Assembly: GCA_963702475.1 (NCBI GenBank)
Contig: CAVPCT010000007.1
Span: 22,202 to 86,201 of the forward strand
DNA: 64,000 bases
Direction: 5' to 3'
Source of the DNA: an uncultured Thermoleophilia bacterium
Lineage (GTDB): Bacteria; Actinomycetota; Thermoleophilia; UBA2241
Shown: positions 18,630 to 28,613 of the stretch, one piece after another
Layout of the letters: each line of letters starts with the position of its first letter
Position numbering within the stretch: position 1 is the stretch's first letter
Position numbers and translations under genes: made by a program
The notes under the pieces: model-generated
The model's database searches: none
What the model was told of the DNA's origin: nothing
What the model saw: only the letters and a program-made list of their open reading frames with translations

Positions 18630-19844
18630 ATGACGCGGACCACGGGCGCGTCCGCGGTGACGCGGGCGCGGGGCCACGCAGCCGGGTTCCCGCGTCCGTT
18701 CTGGCTGCTGCTCACCGGCGGCTGGTTCATCTACGTCCTGGGCTACGAGGGCGGCTTTCCGTTCGAGTCCATCTATCTCAACGAGAAGCTGGGCATCTCG
18801 GTCACGGCGATCGGCCTGATCTACGGGTTGTCGCAGCTGGCCGGCCTGCCGGCCCAGGTGGCGGGCGGGGCGGTGCTCGACCACGTCGGCCGCCGCACGG
18901 TCATGCTGTTCGGCATCCTCGCCACGGTCGTGCTGTTCCTGGGTCTCGCCTTCGTACATAGCATCCCCCTGGTCATCGGCCTCATCGTCTTCGAGGCGGC
19001 CTTCGGCTGGGGCATGTTCCAGATGTCCAGCAACGCCATCGTCAGCGACGTGCTCCCCGAGGCGCGACGCACCGAGGGCTACAGCATCACGAGGACGGCC
19101 TCCAGCGCCGGCATCGTGGTGGGTCCGCTTCTGGGCGGGCTGCTGCTGCGGCACGACCCGAGCTTCCGCTGGCCGTTCATCGCCGGCGGGGCGTTCTGCT
19201 CGCTCATCTTCGTCATTGCGCTGGTGCGGCTGCCGGAGACGCGACCGGCGCTCGCCGCCGCGCACAAGAGCGTGCGGGCCACGTTCGCCGGCTACGTCAC
19301 CGTGCTCAAGGACCGGCGCATGCTCACGCTCGCGGCCGTGACCCTGCTGCCGCTGTACTGCCACGGCCAGTTCCTCATGACGTTCCCGATCCTTCTCAAG
19401 GGCACCGTGGGGATGTCGTCGAGCGCTGTGGGGTTGATGTACTCGGTGTACGCGCTGAGCAACGTGCTCGTGCAGTACCCTATGGGGCGCCGCTTGCGGC
19501 ACGCCGACCGCATGAAGGTGCTGGCCGTGGCCAGCACCTTCATGGGCGTCGGCCTGTTCGGCGCCGCGTTCGCGCCGCGCGGCGTGGCCACCGCGGCGTT
19601 CGTCGTGGTCGTGAGCTTCGGGACGGCGCTGCTCATGCCGTTCAGCGTCACGGCCATCTCACACCTCGCGCCCCTGCGACTGCGCGGCCGGTACATGGGC
19701 GCCTGGACGCTGGTGTGGACCGCAGGCGTCGCGCTGGGACCGATCTTCGGCGGGCTCCCGATGGACAGGCTCGGGGGGCGCGGCGCCTACACGCTGGTGC
19801 TGGCTGCGGGGCTCGTCGGCGCGGCGCTGTACCTGGTACTGTAG
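18630..19844 (+). CDS. MFS transporter
   Basis: About 12 hydrophobic segments; GAVLDHVGRR motif A; RGRYMG. Confidence 0.88.
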   Translation: MTRTTGASAVTRARGHAAGFPRPFWLLLTGGWFIYVLGYEGGFPFESIYLNEKLGISVTAIGLIYGLSQLAGLPAQVAGGAVLDHVGRRTVMLFGILATVVLFLGLAFVHSIPLVIGLIVFEAAFGWGMFQMSSNAIVSDVLPEARRTEGYSITRTASSAGIVVGPLLGGLLLRHDPSFRWPFIAGGAFCSLIFVIALVRLPETRPALAAAHKSVRATFAGYVTVLKDRRMLTLAAVTLLPLYCHGQFLMTFPILLKGTVGMSSSAVGLMYSVYALSNVLVQYPMGRRLRHADRMKVLAVASTFMGVGLFGAAFAPRGVATAAFVVVVSFGTALLMPFSVTAISHLAPLRLRGRYMGAWTLVWTAGVALGPIFGGLPMDRLGGRGAYTLVLAAGLVGAALYLVL

Positions 19845-20117
19845 CGGCGCGGGACGATGGAGCGTCGCGACGACACGCCCGGTGTCAGTTGAGCGCTACT
19901 CGCCGGCCAGGGGTGAGATGCGCCGGTGTCGCAGTGAGCCGGAGCATTTCGCCCGCTCTGCGGGCGCTGACCTCGTCATGCCGACCGACGTCAACGCCGA
20001 GATCGAGCACTTGGTGAGCCTCATCGCGGCCGAGGCTCACCCTCTGCGCACACATGCCGCACACCATGCAGATCGGCCGATCCCCGTGGCTGGCCAAGGG
20101 ACCGCTCAGGATCGCAA

Positions 20118-20456
20118 CTATCCCCGTATGGATCCTGTCGTCGAACGAGCAGCAGGTACGAGCCGGATCTCGACCTCACAGCCGACGGCCCGCGCGTACC
20201 TTTTGAGCGTACTCACAGAGGGCGAGTGCTCACCGAAGGTCTCCAGCCGCGAGACGGCGCTCTTGGTCGTGCCCATCGATGCGGCGACCTGCTCTTGGGT
20301 GAGTCCGGCCCTGGCGCGGGCGGCCAGGAGCTCGCGGATGAGGCCGTACTCGTCGGCCCGCTCGGCGTAGGCGGCGGCGAAGCCCTTGCGCTTCATGGCC
20401 CGGGCCAGGAACTCGTCGTGATCGTGGGCGACCGGGCGGTACTCGCGCTCAGCCAT
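20118..20456 (-). CDS. XRE/HigA-type HTH antitoxin
   Basis: RARAGLTQEQVAASMGTTKSAVSRLE..SPSVSTLKRYA; overlaps the toxin gene. Confidence 0.88.
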   Translation of the reverse strand: MAEREYRPVAHDHDEFLARAMKRKGFAAAYAERADEYGLIRELLAARARAGLTQEQVAASMGTTKSAVSRLETFGEHSPSVSTLKRYARAVGCEVEIRLVPAARSTTGSIRG

Positions 20457-20772
20457 CACACACCTCCTTCATCCTGCGGCGGGCGGTCTGCAGGTGTCGC
20501 GCCGGCGTCGTCGGCGTCTTCTTGACGAAGGCGTGGAGCACGACCACCCGCTCGCCGATGAGATAGCAGTACAACGCCCGTCCGACGCCCTCGTGGCTGC
20601 GGGGACGGAGCTCGAACAGGCCGCCTCCGAGGGCTCGCGAGTGCGGCATCCGCAGGTCTGGGCCGAACTCCATCAGCAGTTCGACGAGGCGCGCGTAGTC
20701 GGCCAGCACTCTGACCGGCCAACGCTCGATCTCGGCGAGTGCGCGTTCGTTGAAGTATTCGACGGAATACAG
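20449..20772 (-). CDS. RelE/HigB-family (Gp49/DUF891-like) toxin; start uncertain, possibly CTG at 20772
   Basis: MPHSRALGGGLFELR...GRALY...VVLHAFVKKT; toxin-first order; minus-strand TTGACG-17 nt-TAACTT promoter just upstream. Confidence 0.82.
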   Translation of the reverse strand: MYSVEYFNERALAEIERWPVRVLADYARLVELLMEFGPDLRMPHSRALGGGLFELRPRSHEGVGRALYCYLIGERVVVLHAFVKKTPTTPARHLQTARRRMKEVCDG

Positions 20773-21046
20773 CCTGACTCCGAAGTTAGCGGATACGCGA
20801 ACACGCGTCAATGTGCGACGGCGGTCGAGGGTCCTCACCGACCCATGATATGGAGATGGACTGCCCGCAGGGAGGATGACGATCGTCGGCGCCGGTTGAC
20901 GTTGCCAGGCAGCGCACGCACAACGGACGCCGAGCAACCAGGCGGACGTCGCGCGCCCCCTGGTGGACGGGCATGATTGGATCTGGCGCACCAGGGCTCC
21001 GCAGCCGTGCCGTCCGGCAGGCCTGGAATGCGCCCGGGGCGGCGGG

Positions 21047-22232
21047 TCAAGCCGAGCGGGCCTCCAGCGCCTCGCGGATAGTCCGCCCGAGGCGTGCGGC
21101 GCCCTCGCGCAACTCGTCCGGCGCGTACATGCTGAAGCCCAGGCGGATGCCGCGGTCGGTGCGGTCCACGGCGAAGCGGGTGCCCTCCATGAAGCCGACG
21201 CCGTTGGCCTCGCCGGCAGCGACGAGGTCGCCGGACGCGAGGCCCTCAGGCAGCCGGACGAGCAGGAAGAGGCCGCCGGCCGGGCGCGCGAAGCGGCAGC
21301 CGGCGGGCAGGTGCTCGGTCAGGCCTTCAACAAGCGCGTCGCGGCGCGCGGCGTAGTGGCCGCGCAGGGACTCGACGTTGGCCTCGGTACGCGCCCTCGA
21401 GCACGAGTCGCGCGGCCACCAGTGAAGTGAACTGGCTCATGCAGCCGGCGCTGTCGAACACGGCGCGTTCGGTGAACTCGAGCACGCGACCCGGTCCGGA
21501 CGTGACCCAGCCGCAGCGCAGGCCGGGCGAGAGCGTCTTGGAGAAGCTGCCGAGGCGGATGACGTGCTCGTCGGCGCCGTCGACGTCGCTCGCGATCCGC
21601 CAGAGTGACGGCGGCGGCGGGGCGTCGTACCAGAGCTCGCGGTAGGCGTCGTCCTCGATGACGATAAGATCCTCTTCGACCGCGAGCTCGACCAGCTTGC
21701 GTCGCCTGGCCGCGGACATGCACACGCCGACCGGGTTGTGGAAGGTGGCGACGGTGTAGACCATGCGCGGCCGACGTCCGCTCGCGCGCACGTCCTTGAC
21801 GGCCTGCGCCAGGCCCTCGACGTCGAGGCCGTCGGCGTCCAGCGGGACGGCCACGAGGTCGAGCCTCGTGTCGCGCGCCATACGGATGCCGAGGCTGAAG
21901 CCGGGGTCCTCCATGAAGACCACGTCACCGGGTTCGACGAGATGCGCGAACAGCAGCTGGATGGACGGCGAGCAGCCGTTGGTGACGGCGATCTGCGGCA
22001 GGTCGACCGGCAGGCCCTCGACGGCCGCGATGTGCTGCGCGAACGCGGTCCGCGCCGCGCCCGGCCCCTCGTTGACGCCGTAGTTCAGCGCGGCCTCGCC
22101 CACGGTGTCGGTGACCCACAGCATGGCGTCGCGGATCGCGGCCACCGGGATGAGCCGGGGGTCGGGGTCGCCCCAGCGCAGCTCGATGATGCCGGGGCGC
22201 ATGATGGCCTGGGGTTCGACGACGAAGTCCAC
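21047..22232 (-). CDS. PLP-dependent class I aminotransferase (ARO8/LysN-like), one +1 frameshift near 21387
   Basis: WGDPD, YGVNEG, TFHNPVG, EDDAY, GSFSKTLSPGLRCGW; C-terminus (RRDAL, PAGGLF, IRLGFS) continues in the next frame to TGA at 21047. Confidence 0.85.
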
Positions 22233-22422
22233 GGACGCATTGTATCGGGCGGGGCAAGGGCGCCCGGCGGGCGTCCTCGTCGGGAGGCGTGCGACGCCGC
22301 CCTGTGGCGTTGCGCCCGCCGGCGCCCGCCGGGCCGTTTTGCCGCGGTCGGCGGGCGTGCTAGCGTGAGGCCGGCGCCGCCGCAGGCGGGCGCCGGTGTA
22401 TGACGTGCGGGAGGTCATCGGG

Positions 22423-23212
22423 TTGAGGGCATCGCTCATGGTCACGTGCCTCGGCGACGCCCTGTACCCCGAGGTCGGGGAGAGCGTCATGGCCGTCCTC
22501 CGCAACCTGGGCGTGACCCTGGACTTCCCGGCCGGCCAGACGTGCTGTGGCCAGCCGGCCTTCAACAGTGGGTACGTGGACGACGCGCGGCGCTCGGCCC
22601 GCGCCTTCATCGACGCTTTCGAGGGCAGCGAGCACGTCGTCTCGATCTCCGGGTCGTGCGCGGCCATGGTGCGGCAGCACTATCCCCTGCTGTTCCCGGC
22701 GGGGCGCGAGCGCGCGCGGGCCGAATCCCTCGCCGCGCGCACCTGGGAGTTCTCGCAGTTCCTCACCGACGTGCTGGGCGTCGAGCGCCTTCCGGTGACG
22801 TACCGTGCCGTGGCGACCCTGCACCACTCCTGCCACACGATGCGCCTGCTCGGCGTGCGCGAGGGGCCCGAGCGCCTGCTCGGCATGGTCGACGGCCTGG
22901 AGTACCGGCCGCTGGCGCGTGCCGAGGACTGCTGCGGCTTCGGCGGCACCTTCGCCGTCAAGATGGCGGCGATCTCCGGCGAGATGGTCGACCGCAAGGC
23001 GAGCCACGTGCTGGAGACCGGGCGCCGGCCTGCTCGTGGGCCTGGACATGAGCTGCCTGATGAACATCGGCGGCCGCCTGCGGCGCCGCGGGGCCCGGGT
23101 CGCCGTCAAGCATCTGGCGCAGGTGCTGGCCGAGGGCTGGCGGGTCGACGGTAGGACGGCGGCGGCGGGCGGAGCGGCAGGAGCGGCCCGCGCGGCAGGA
23201 GCGGCCCGGTGA
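22423..23212 (+). CDS. lutA: Lactate utilisation protein A (CCG domains), +1 frameshift near 23021
   Basis: VTCLGD..YP, QTCCGQPAFNSG, HHSCH, CCGFGGTF, D.SCLMNIGG; TTG start after GGGAGGT. Confidence 0.88.
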
Positions 23213-24627
23213 CGCCGAGTCCCGGACGCGAGCGGTTCGATGCCCAGGTGGCCAAGGCGCTCGGCGACCGCCGTCTGCAGGACTGGCTGGCGGACTTCCA
23301 GCGGCTGGGCCAGGAGGCCTACGTCGAGGCCATGGGCGAGTTGGACGACAGGGAGGCCTGGCGCGACGCGCTCTCCGAGATCCGCGCTCATACGGTCGCG
23401 AACCTCGACCGCTACGTGGACCAGTTCGCGACCAACGTGGAGGCCAACGGCGGTCACGTATTCTTCGCGGCGACGGCCGCCGAGGCGCGCGAGTACGTGC
23501 TGCGGGTCGCGCGGTCCATCCCGGCGCGGCGCGTCGTCAAGGCCAAGTCCATGGTGACCGAGGAGATCGACCTGAACGCCGCGCTCGAGGCGGCCGGCAT
23601 GGAGGTCGTGGAGACCGATCTGGGCGCGTTCATCGTCCAGCTCACCCATGAAGACCCGTACCACATCATCGCCCCGGCCCTGCACCTCACGCTCGAGCAG
23701 GTGCGCGAACTGTTCTCCCGCGAGTCCGGCGAGGATCTGCCCGCGGAGCCCGATGTCCTGGCTGCCTACGCGCGCCGGCGGCTGCGCGAGAAGTTCCTGA
23801 CCGCCGAGCTGGGCATCAGCGGCGGCAACTTCGGCATCGCCTCGACGGGCACCGTCGTGCTGGTCACCAACGAGGGCAACGGTCGCATGTCGACGACGCT
23901 GCCCGGTACCCACGTCGCCGTGATGGGCATGGAGCGCCTGCTGCCGGATTGGGAGAGCCTGGACACGGCGCTCACCCTGCTCACGCGCGCCGGCACGTCG
24001 CAGCGCATCTCGACGTACGTCAGCGCCATCTCCGGGCCGCGGCGGGACGGGGACCGGGACGGCCCGGACGAGCTGCACGTCGTGCTCCTCGACAACGGCC
24101 GCTCGCGGATCCTCGGCACGCAGTACGAGCCGGTGCTGAAGTGCGTGCGCTGCGGGGCCTGCCTCGACCACTGCCCCGTATATGGCTGCATCGGCGGGCA
24201 CGCGTACAGCCGGGTGTACACCGGGCCGATCGGTGCCGTGCTCACGCCGCTGCTGGATGGGCTCGACGAGCACGTCGAGCTCCCGTACGCGTCGAGCCTG
24301 TGCGGGGCGTGCGTGGACGCGTGCCCGGCGCGGGTGCCGCTCACCGACCTGCTGCTGGCGCTACGCGCCGAGGCCGTCTCTTCGGGCCGTCAGCCGCGGA
24401 GCTGGCGCGCGGGGATGCGTGGCTACGCCGAGGTCACGGCGCGCCCGGCCATCTGGGACGCGGCCGTGCGTGCGGCGGGCGCGCTGGCACGCCCGTTCGC
24501 GCCCGGCGGGTACGTGCGCTCGGCGCCCGGCCTGCTCGGCAAGTGGACGGCCGCCCGCGACCTCAAGGTGCCGGTGGCCCGCAGCTTCCGGCGTCGCCGG
24601 CGCGAGTCCGGCGGCCGGGGGAGCTGA
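23209..24627 (+). CDS. lutB: Lactate utilisation protein B (Fe-S)
   Basis: KSMVTEEI, ETDLG, NEGNGR, DNGRS, CVRCGACLDHCP, SSLCGACVDACP. Confidence 0.93.
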   Translation: MTPSPGRERFDAQVAKALGDRRLQDWLADFQRLGQEAYVEAMGELDDREAWRDALSEIRAHTVANLDRYVDQFATNVEANGGHVFFAATAAEAREYVLRVARSIPARRVVKAKSMVTEEIDLNAALEAAGMEVVETDLGAFIVQLTHEDPYHIIAPALHLTLEQVRELFSRESGEDLPAEPDVLAAYARRRLREKFLTAELGISGGNFGIASTGTVVLVTNEGNGRMSTTLPGTHVAVMGMERLLPDWESLDTALTLLTRAGTSQRISTYVSAISGPRRDGDRDGPDELHVVLLDNGRSRILGTQYEPVLKCVRCGACLDHCPVYGCIGGHAYSRVYTGPIGAVLTPLLDGLDEHVELPYASSLCGACVDACPARVPLTDLLLALRAEAVSSGRQPRSWRAGMRGYAEVTARPAIWDAAVRAAGALARPFAPGGYVRSAPGLLGKWTAARDLKVPVARSFRRRRRESGGRGS

Positions 24628-24629
24628 CG

Positions 24630-25242
24630 GTGGACCGCGAGCAGTACCTCGGCCGCATCGCGTCGCGTCTCGGGCGTCGCCGCGACCAGGCTGTGCCCCC
24701 CGTGCCCCGGCGTGCGTCCGCCGCGGCCGGGCCGGACCGCGAGGCGCTGGTGCAGCGCTTCTGCGAGCGCCTCGCCGGCGTCTCCGGCGCGGCGGTCGTG
24801 GCTGCCGACCGCGCCGCGGCGCGCGCCGCGGTCGAACGCCTCGTGGCCGGGCACGGCATGGACGCTGGACTGCCCGGCGGTGCTGCGCTGGCCGGCCGTC
24901 GAGGGCCTGTGCGCCGCCGATCCCAGCGGCGCCGACTACGGCCTGAGCGAGGCGCGCTGGGCGATCGCCGAGACCGGGACCGTGGTGCTGTGGCACGACG
25001 ACGCCACGCCGCGGGCGGCATCGCTCGTCCCGCCGGCCGCCGGGGTGTTCGTGCCGGCGTCGGCGATCGTGCCGCGGCTCGGCGACATCACCGCGCGCCT
25101 CGCCGCGACGGAGCGGCGCGACCTGCCTGCCTGCGTGACCTTCATGAGCGGCCCGAGCCGCAGCATGGATATCGGCTACGTGAGCTGCATGGGCGTGCAC
25201 GGCCCGGGCGAGGTCGTCGTCTGGGTCATCGCCGACGAGTAG
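24630..25242 (+). CDS. lutC: Lactate utilisation protein C (LUD domain), +1 frameshift near 24858
   Basis: AIAETGTVV, RAASLVP, SGPSRSMDI...GVHGP; follows lutB. Confidence 0.85.
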
Positions 25243-25340
25243 CGAGCGGGCGCGCGCCGCTTCGCCGGCGCGCCCGTCCGTTGCTTCGCCGGTCCCTCAT
25301 CGTCGTCACGAATGCGGAGCCGGCAGATGAGTCCGTGCTC

Positions 25341-25946
25341 TCACGCCCTCGGGAGCGCCGGGCCTGCCCGGCGGTTGCCCCGCAGCGCGCTGTGGGTTCC
25401 GGGGGCCCGTGAGGTGGGAGCCGCGTCCGACGGCGTTGCGGACGGGCGCCGCATAACGTAGCGGTCCTCGTCGTCCCGGTAGAAACCGGCGACGTACTCC
25501 TTCTCGGCGAAGCCCAGAGCTTCGTAGCGGCGCACGTCGTCGGCGTGCGCGGGATCGACCGTGAGGAAGCACGCGGCGCCCGACGTGGCATCGACTTCGT
25601 CGAGGAGGGTCTTGAAGAGCCGCGTGCCGATGCCGCGCCGCCGGTACTCGGCGGCGACCATCACCTTGTGCACGAAGAGTTCGCCGCCGAGTACCGGGAA
25701 GGCGACGATGGCGCCCACCAGGGCGCCGCGCTCGCGCGCGACGAAGACCCAGGCGCCGTCGATCCAGATGCGCCACACGTGCTCTCCGTCCGGGATGCGT
25801 TCGGGGTGGGCGCCGTCGCTCCAGGCCACCGCGTCGAGGGCGGCCGTCGCCGCGGCGTCGCCGGGGCGGGCGGTCTCGATGGCGAGGCCGGCCCCGGCGT
25901 CCTGGCAAGCGAGGGCGCCTGGTGCGACGCCGGCAGGGCGCTCCAT
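25341..25946 (-). CDS. GNAT family N-acetyltransferase
   Basis: VHKVMVAAEYRRRGIG motif A, YEALGF; RBS GGAGGT. Confidence 0.82.
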   Translation of the reverse strand: MERPAGVAPGALACQDAGAGLAIETARPGDAAATAALDAVAWSDGAHPERIPDGEHVWRIWIDGAWVFVARERGALVGAIVAFPVLGGELFVHKVMVAAEYRRRGIGTRLFKTLLDEVDATSGAACFLTVDPAHADDVRRYEALGFAEKEYVAGFYRDDEDRYVMRRPSATPSDAAPTSRAPGTHSALRGNRRAGPALPRA

Positions 25947-26371
25947 GATGCCTACCTCCGGACGGCGGTGAACGTGATGGGGCGAGTGTACCAGTCTGGA
26001 TCACCCTTCGGTCCCGGAGACCCCAGGGGGCGTAGAAAGCTCGCGCCGCCGCGCAGCAACGGTGGGGCTCCGCTCGATGGGCCGCGCGAGCGACCGGCCC
26101 GGGGCGGTGTCGAGGGTGGGCGGGAGAGGACGGGCGAGCACGGTGTCAGAACGCACGTACCCGCATGTCCGCGTACGCCGACAAGGGGCAGACCCAGCCC
26201 CGTGATCAGGCGGCCCGCCGCGTTCTCGCCCGGTCCAGGCGGCGTCGCAGTGGCGTAGACCATGAGCGAGTCCGCAGCGCCGCTGAGCTCCGCCATGTCG
26301 CGCAACGCAGCGGGCGTCTGCGGCGGACAGGTCGCGCAGATGAGCTGTGGCGTCGCCCACCCCGCCGCGGG

Positions 26372-27010
26372 TCATTCCGACGGAGCGGGAACCTCGCGGC
26401 GAGGGTCGCCCTCGGCTTGTGCGCCGGATCCCAGCGGCAGCACGACGCGACCGAACAGGCCGTTCCAGAGGTGTGCGGCGGCGACGTACATCGCACCGAT
26501 GCCCGTGGCGACCCCCACCCACCCGGCGACGATCCGGACGACCTCGCTGCCGGCCCACTCGCTCGCGGCGAGCAGTACGAACAGGGTCGTCACGCCGACG
26601 AAGACGATGTAGAGGGCCCGGTCCTTCGTGCGGGCAGCGACCGTCATGACCGCGGAGAAGGCGCCCCAGACCAGAAAGAACCATGCCAGAGAAGTCGCTC
26701 CGGCGGCCAGGTCGGCAGCGCCCTCGACGAAGCTCAGCCGCGGCAGGAGGATGATGAACGCAAGCAACATCCAGAAGAACCCGTAGGCGGAGAAGGCGGT
26801 CTGGGCGAAGACGTTGCCTTTGCACCACGCCTGCCAGCCGGCGATCACTTGCGCGGCGCCGCCGAAGAAGAAGCCCATGGCGAGGACCATGGCGTCGAGC
26901 GGGTAGCCGCCCGCGTTGTGGATGTTGAGCAGCACCGTGCTCATGCCGAACGCCATGAGGCCGAGCACGGCAGGGTCGCCGGTCGCGTCCCTGGGATCGA
27001 GCCGTGTCAT
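26372..27010 (-). CDS. satP: Acetate uptake transporter (SatP/YaaH, GPR1/FUN34 family)
   Basis: DPAVLGLMAFGMSTVLLNIHNAG, GGAAQVIAG, TAFSAYGFFW. Confidence 0.88.
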   Translation of the reverse strand: MTRLDPRDATGDPAVLGLMAFGMSTVLLNIHNAGGYPLDAMVLAMGFFFGGAAQVIAGWQAWCKGNVFAQTAFSAYGFFWMLLAFIILLPRLSFVEGAADLAAGATSLAWFFLVWGAFSAVMTVAARTKDRALYIVFVGVTTLFVLLAASEWAGSEVVRIVAGWVGVATGIGAMYVAAAHLWNGLFGRVVLPLGSGAQAEGDPRREVPAPSE

Positions 27011-27222
27011 CTCGGGGCTGCCAACACGTCGCGAAGCTCCTCGATCACGGCGGCGTCGTCGATGGTCGCCGCCGTCGAGGACCCCGGTACGGGCTTGGTC
27101 GGCGAGCCCGGCTTCATCGGCAGCTCCTCTAGGCCTCGGCAGCTGGCCTCGGCTGCCGCGCCCCAGAACTCGTCAGGCCGCTGGATCGACGCACGGTACG
27201 CGGCCTCGTATGGTCCCTCCAC
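27007..27222 (-). pseudogene. Internally deleted propionyl/acetyl-CoA synthetase relic
   Basis: N-terminal YEAAYRASIQRPDEFWGAAAEA and C-terminal ATIDDAAVIEEL motifs typical of PrpE/Acs ends, joined in 71 aa; ATGA-coupled to satP. Confidence 0.6.
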
Positions 27223-27645
27223 GCTCCACTCCTTCTGTTCCGGGGCGCACGTGCGACGGGGAACGCGTCGTGACTTCTGCCACCATCCGATTGGTGGCCA
27301 CCAGTCGTTGGACGCACCATAGCATCTCCGGACCGGCTGTCAAACGCCGCGGTACTGGAGTGCCCGGCTTCCCGGCGGCGCACGGCCGGCGACCGTGGTC
27401 CTGCAGGTCCGCCGACGAGGAGTCCGGCGACGGCACCGCGTCAGAGTCCTCTTCACGGCGCCCACGGCCGACGATCTCAGGGGGCGGTTGGTCGACGACC
27501 AGCTCGCGGTAGGACGTACACGAAGGGCATGTATCCGCGCCGCTCGCAGGACCGTTGCGCTGCGTCGTTCCCGCGCGCGGGCGTCATCGTCCCTGTCCTC
27601 TTCGCAGGAACGGTCTTCGCGACCGGACCCGCCTCCTGCGCAGGG

Positions 27646-27867
27646 TCACAACCACGGTTCGTCCCCGGGCCGTCTCGGCGCCTGCTCTGAGAGCTCCGCC
27701 AGGCCCTGCTCGAGCCGGTAGCGGTAGCACGCCAGGCACAGCGGCCTCTTCTCCTGCTCCTCGGCCGGGAGCGGGATCAGGCCGAACACCTCGCGTCCGA
27801 TGGTGCGGCCGCAGTCGGTGCAGCGCCAGTACCAGTAGGAGTTGGGGTACGCCTCGTTGTCGCTCAT
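27646..27867 (-). CDS. Small hypothetical protein with CxxC...CxxC (putative Zn ribbon)
   Basis: 73 aa, CTDC and CLAC, G/C-ending codons. Confidence 0.6.
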   Translation of the reverse strand: MSDNEAYPNSYWYWRCTDCGRTIGREVFGLIPLPAEEQEKRPLCLACYRYRLEQGLAELSEQAPRRPGDEPWL

Positions 27868-27912
27868 GGTGCGTGCCGCCTGGTTCGTACGCTCCTGCGG
27901 CGCCGGCTCCGC

Positions 27913-28599
27913 TCAGGCCTCGGTGGCCACCACGGGGTTCCGCAGCACGCCGATACCCTCGACCTCCACCTCGGCCACGTCGCCGGGCTTCATGGACAGC
28001 TTGGGGTCGCGGAACACGCCCACGCCGGCCGGCGTGCCGGTCAGGATGAGGTCGCCGGGCTGCAGCGTGAGCACGTGCGAGGTGAACGACACGAGCTCGC
28101 GCACGCCGAAGATCAGCTGGCTGGTGCTGCCGTCCTGCAGGGTCTCGCCGTTGAGACGCTGGACCACGCGCAGTTCGCCGGCCTCGCCGAGCTCGGCGAC
28201 CGGGACGATGCGTGGTCCCACCGGGCAGAACGTGTCGTACGTCTTGCCGCGGAACCACTGGCGGTCGCCGAACTGCGCGTCCCTGGCGCTCACGTCGTTG
28301 CCGCAGGTGTAGCCGTACACCGCGTCCAGGGCGTCGTCCGCCGCGAGCTTGTGACACTCTCGGCCGATGATCACGGCAAGCTCCGCCTCGGAGTCCACGT
28401 GGCCGATGCCGTCGGGCATGAGGATGGGATCGCCGTCGTTGCAGAGCGCCGTGGCGAACTTGGCGAAGAGGATGGGGGACTCCGGCAGCTTCTTCACGCC
28501 GCCCTCGACGGCGTGGTCCTTGTAGTTCAGGCCCACGCAGACGATCTTGGGCTCGGTGCGCCCGAAGCGCTCCTGCCACTCGGCACGCCAGTCGAACAT
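27913..28599 (-). CDS. Fumarylacetoacetate hydrolase family protein
   Basis: KIVCVGLNY, DSEAEL, NDVSARD, GKTYDTFCP, GDLILTGTP; RBS AAGGAG. Confidence 0.92.
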   Translation of the reverse strand: MFDWRAEWQERFGRTEPKIVCVGLNYKDHAVEGGVKKLPESPILFAKFATALCNDGDPILMPDGIGHVDSEAELAVIIGRECHKLAADDALDAVYGYTCGNDVSARDAQFGDRQWFRGKTYDTFCPVGPRIVPVAELGEAGELRVVQRLNGETLQDGSTSQLIFGVRELVSFTSHVLTLQPGDLILTGTPAGVGVFRDPKLSMKPGDVAEVEVEGIGVLRNPVVATEA

Positions 28600-28613
28600 C
28601 GGTCTCCTTCGCT

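Noticed and set aside
25952-26305. 117-aa ORF between the GNAT gene and satP
   Set aside because: No recognisable motif, weak codon bias and a low-complexity Pro/Gly tail.
27478-27530. MPFVYVL on the minus strand resembling a GIY-YIG start
   Set aside because: Only seven residues match before a stop; too short to support.
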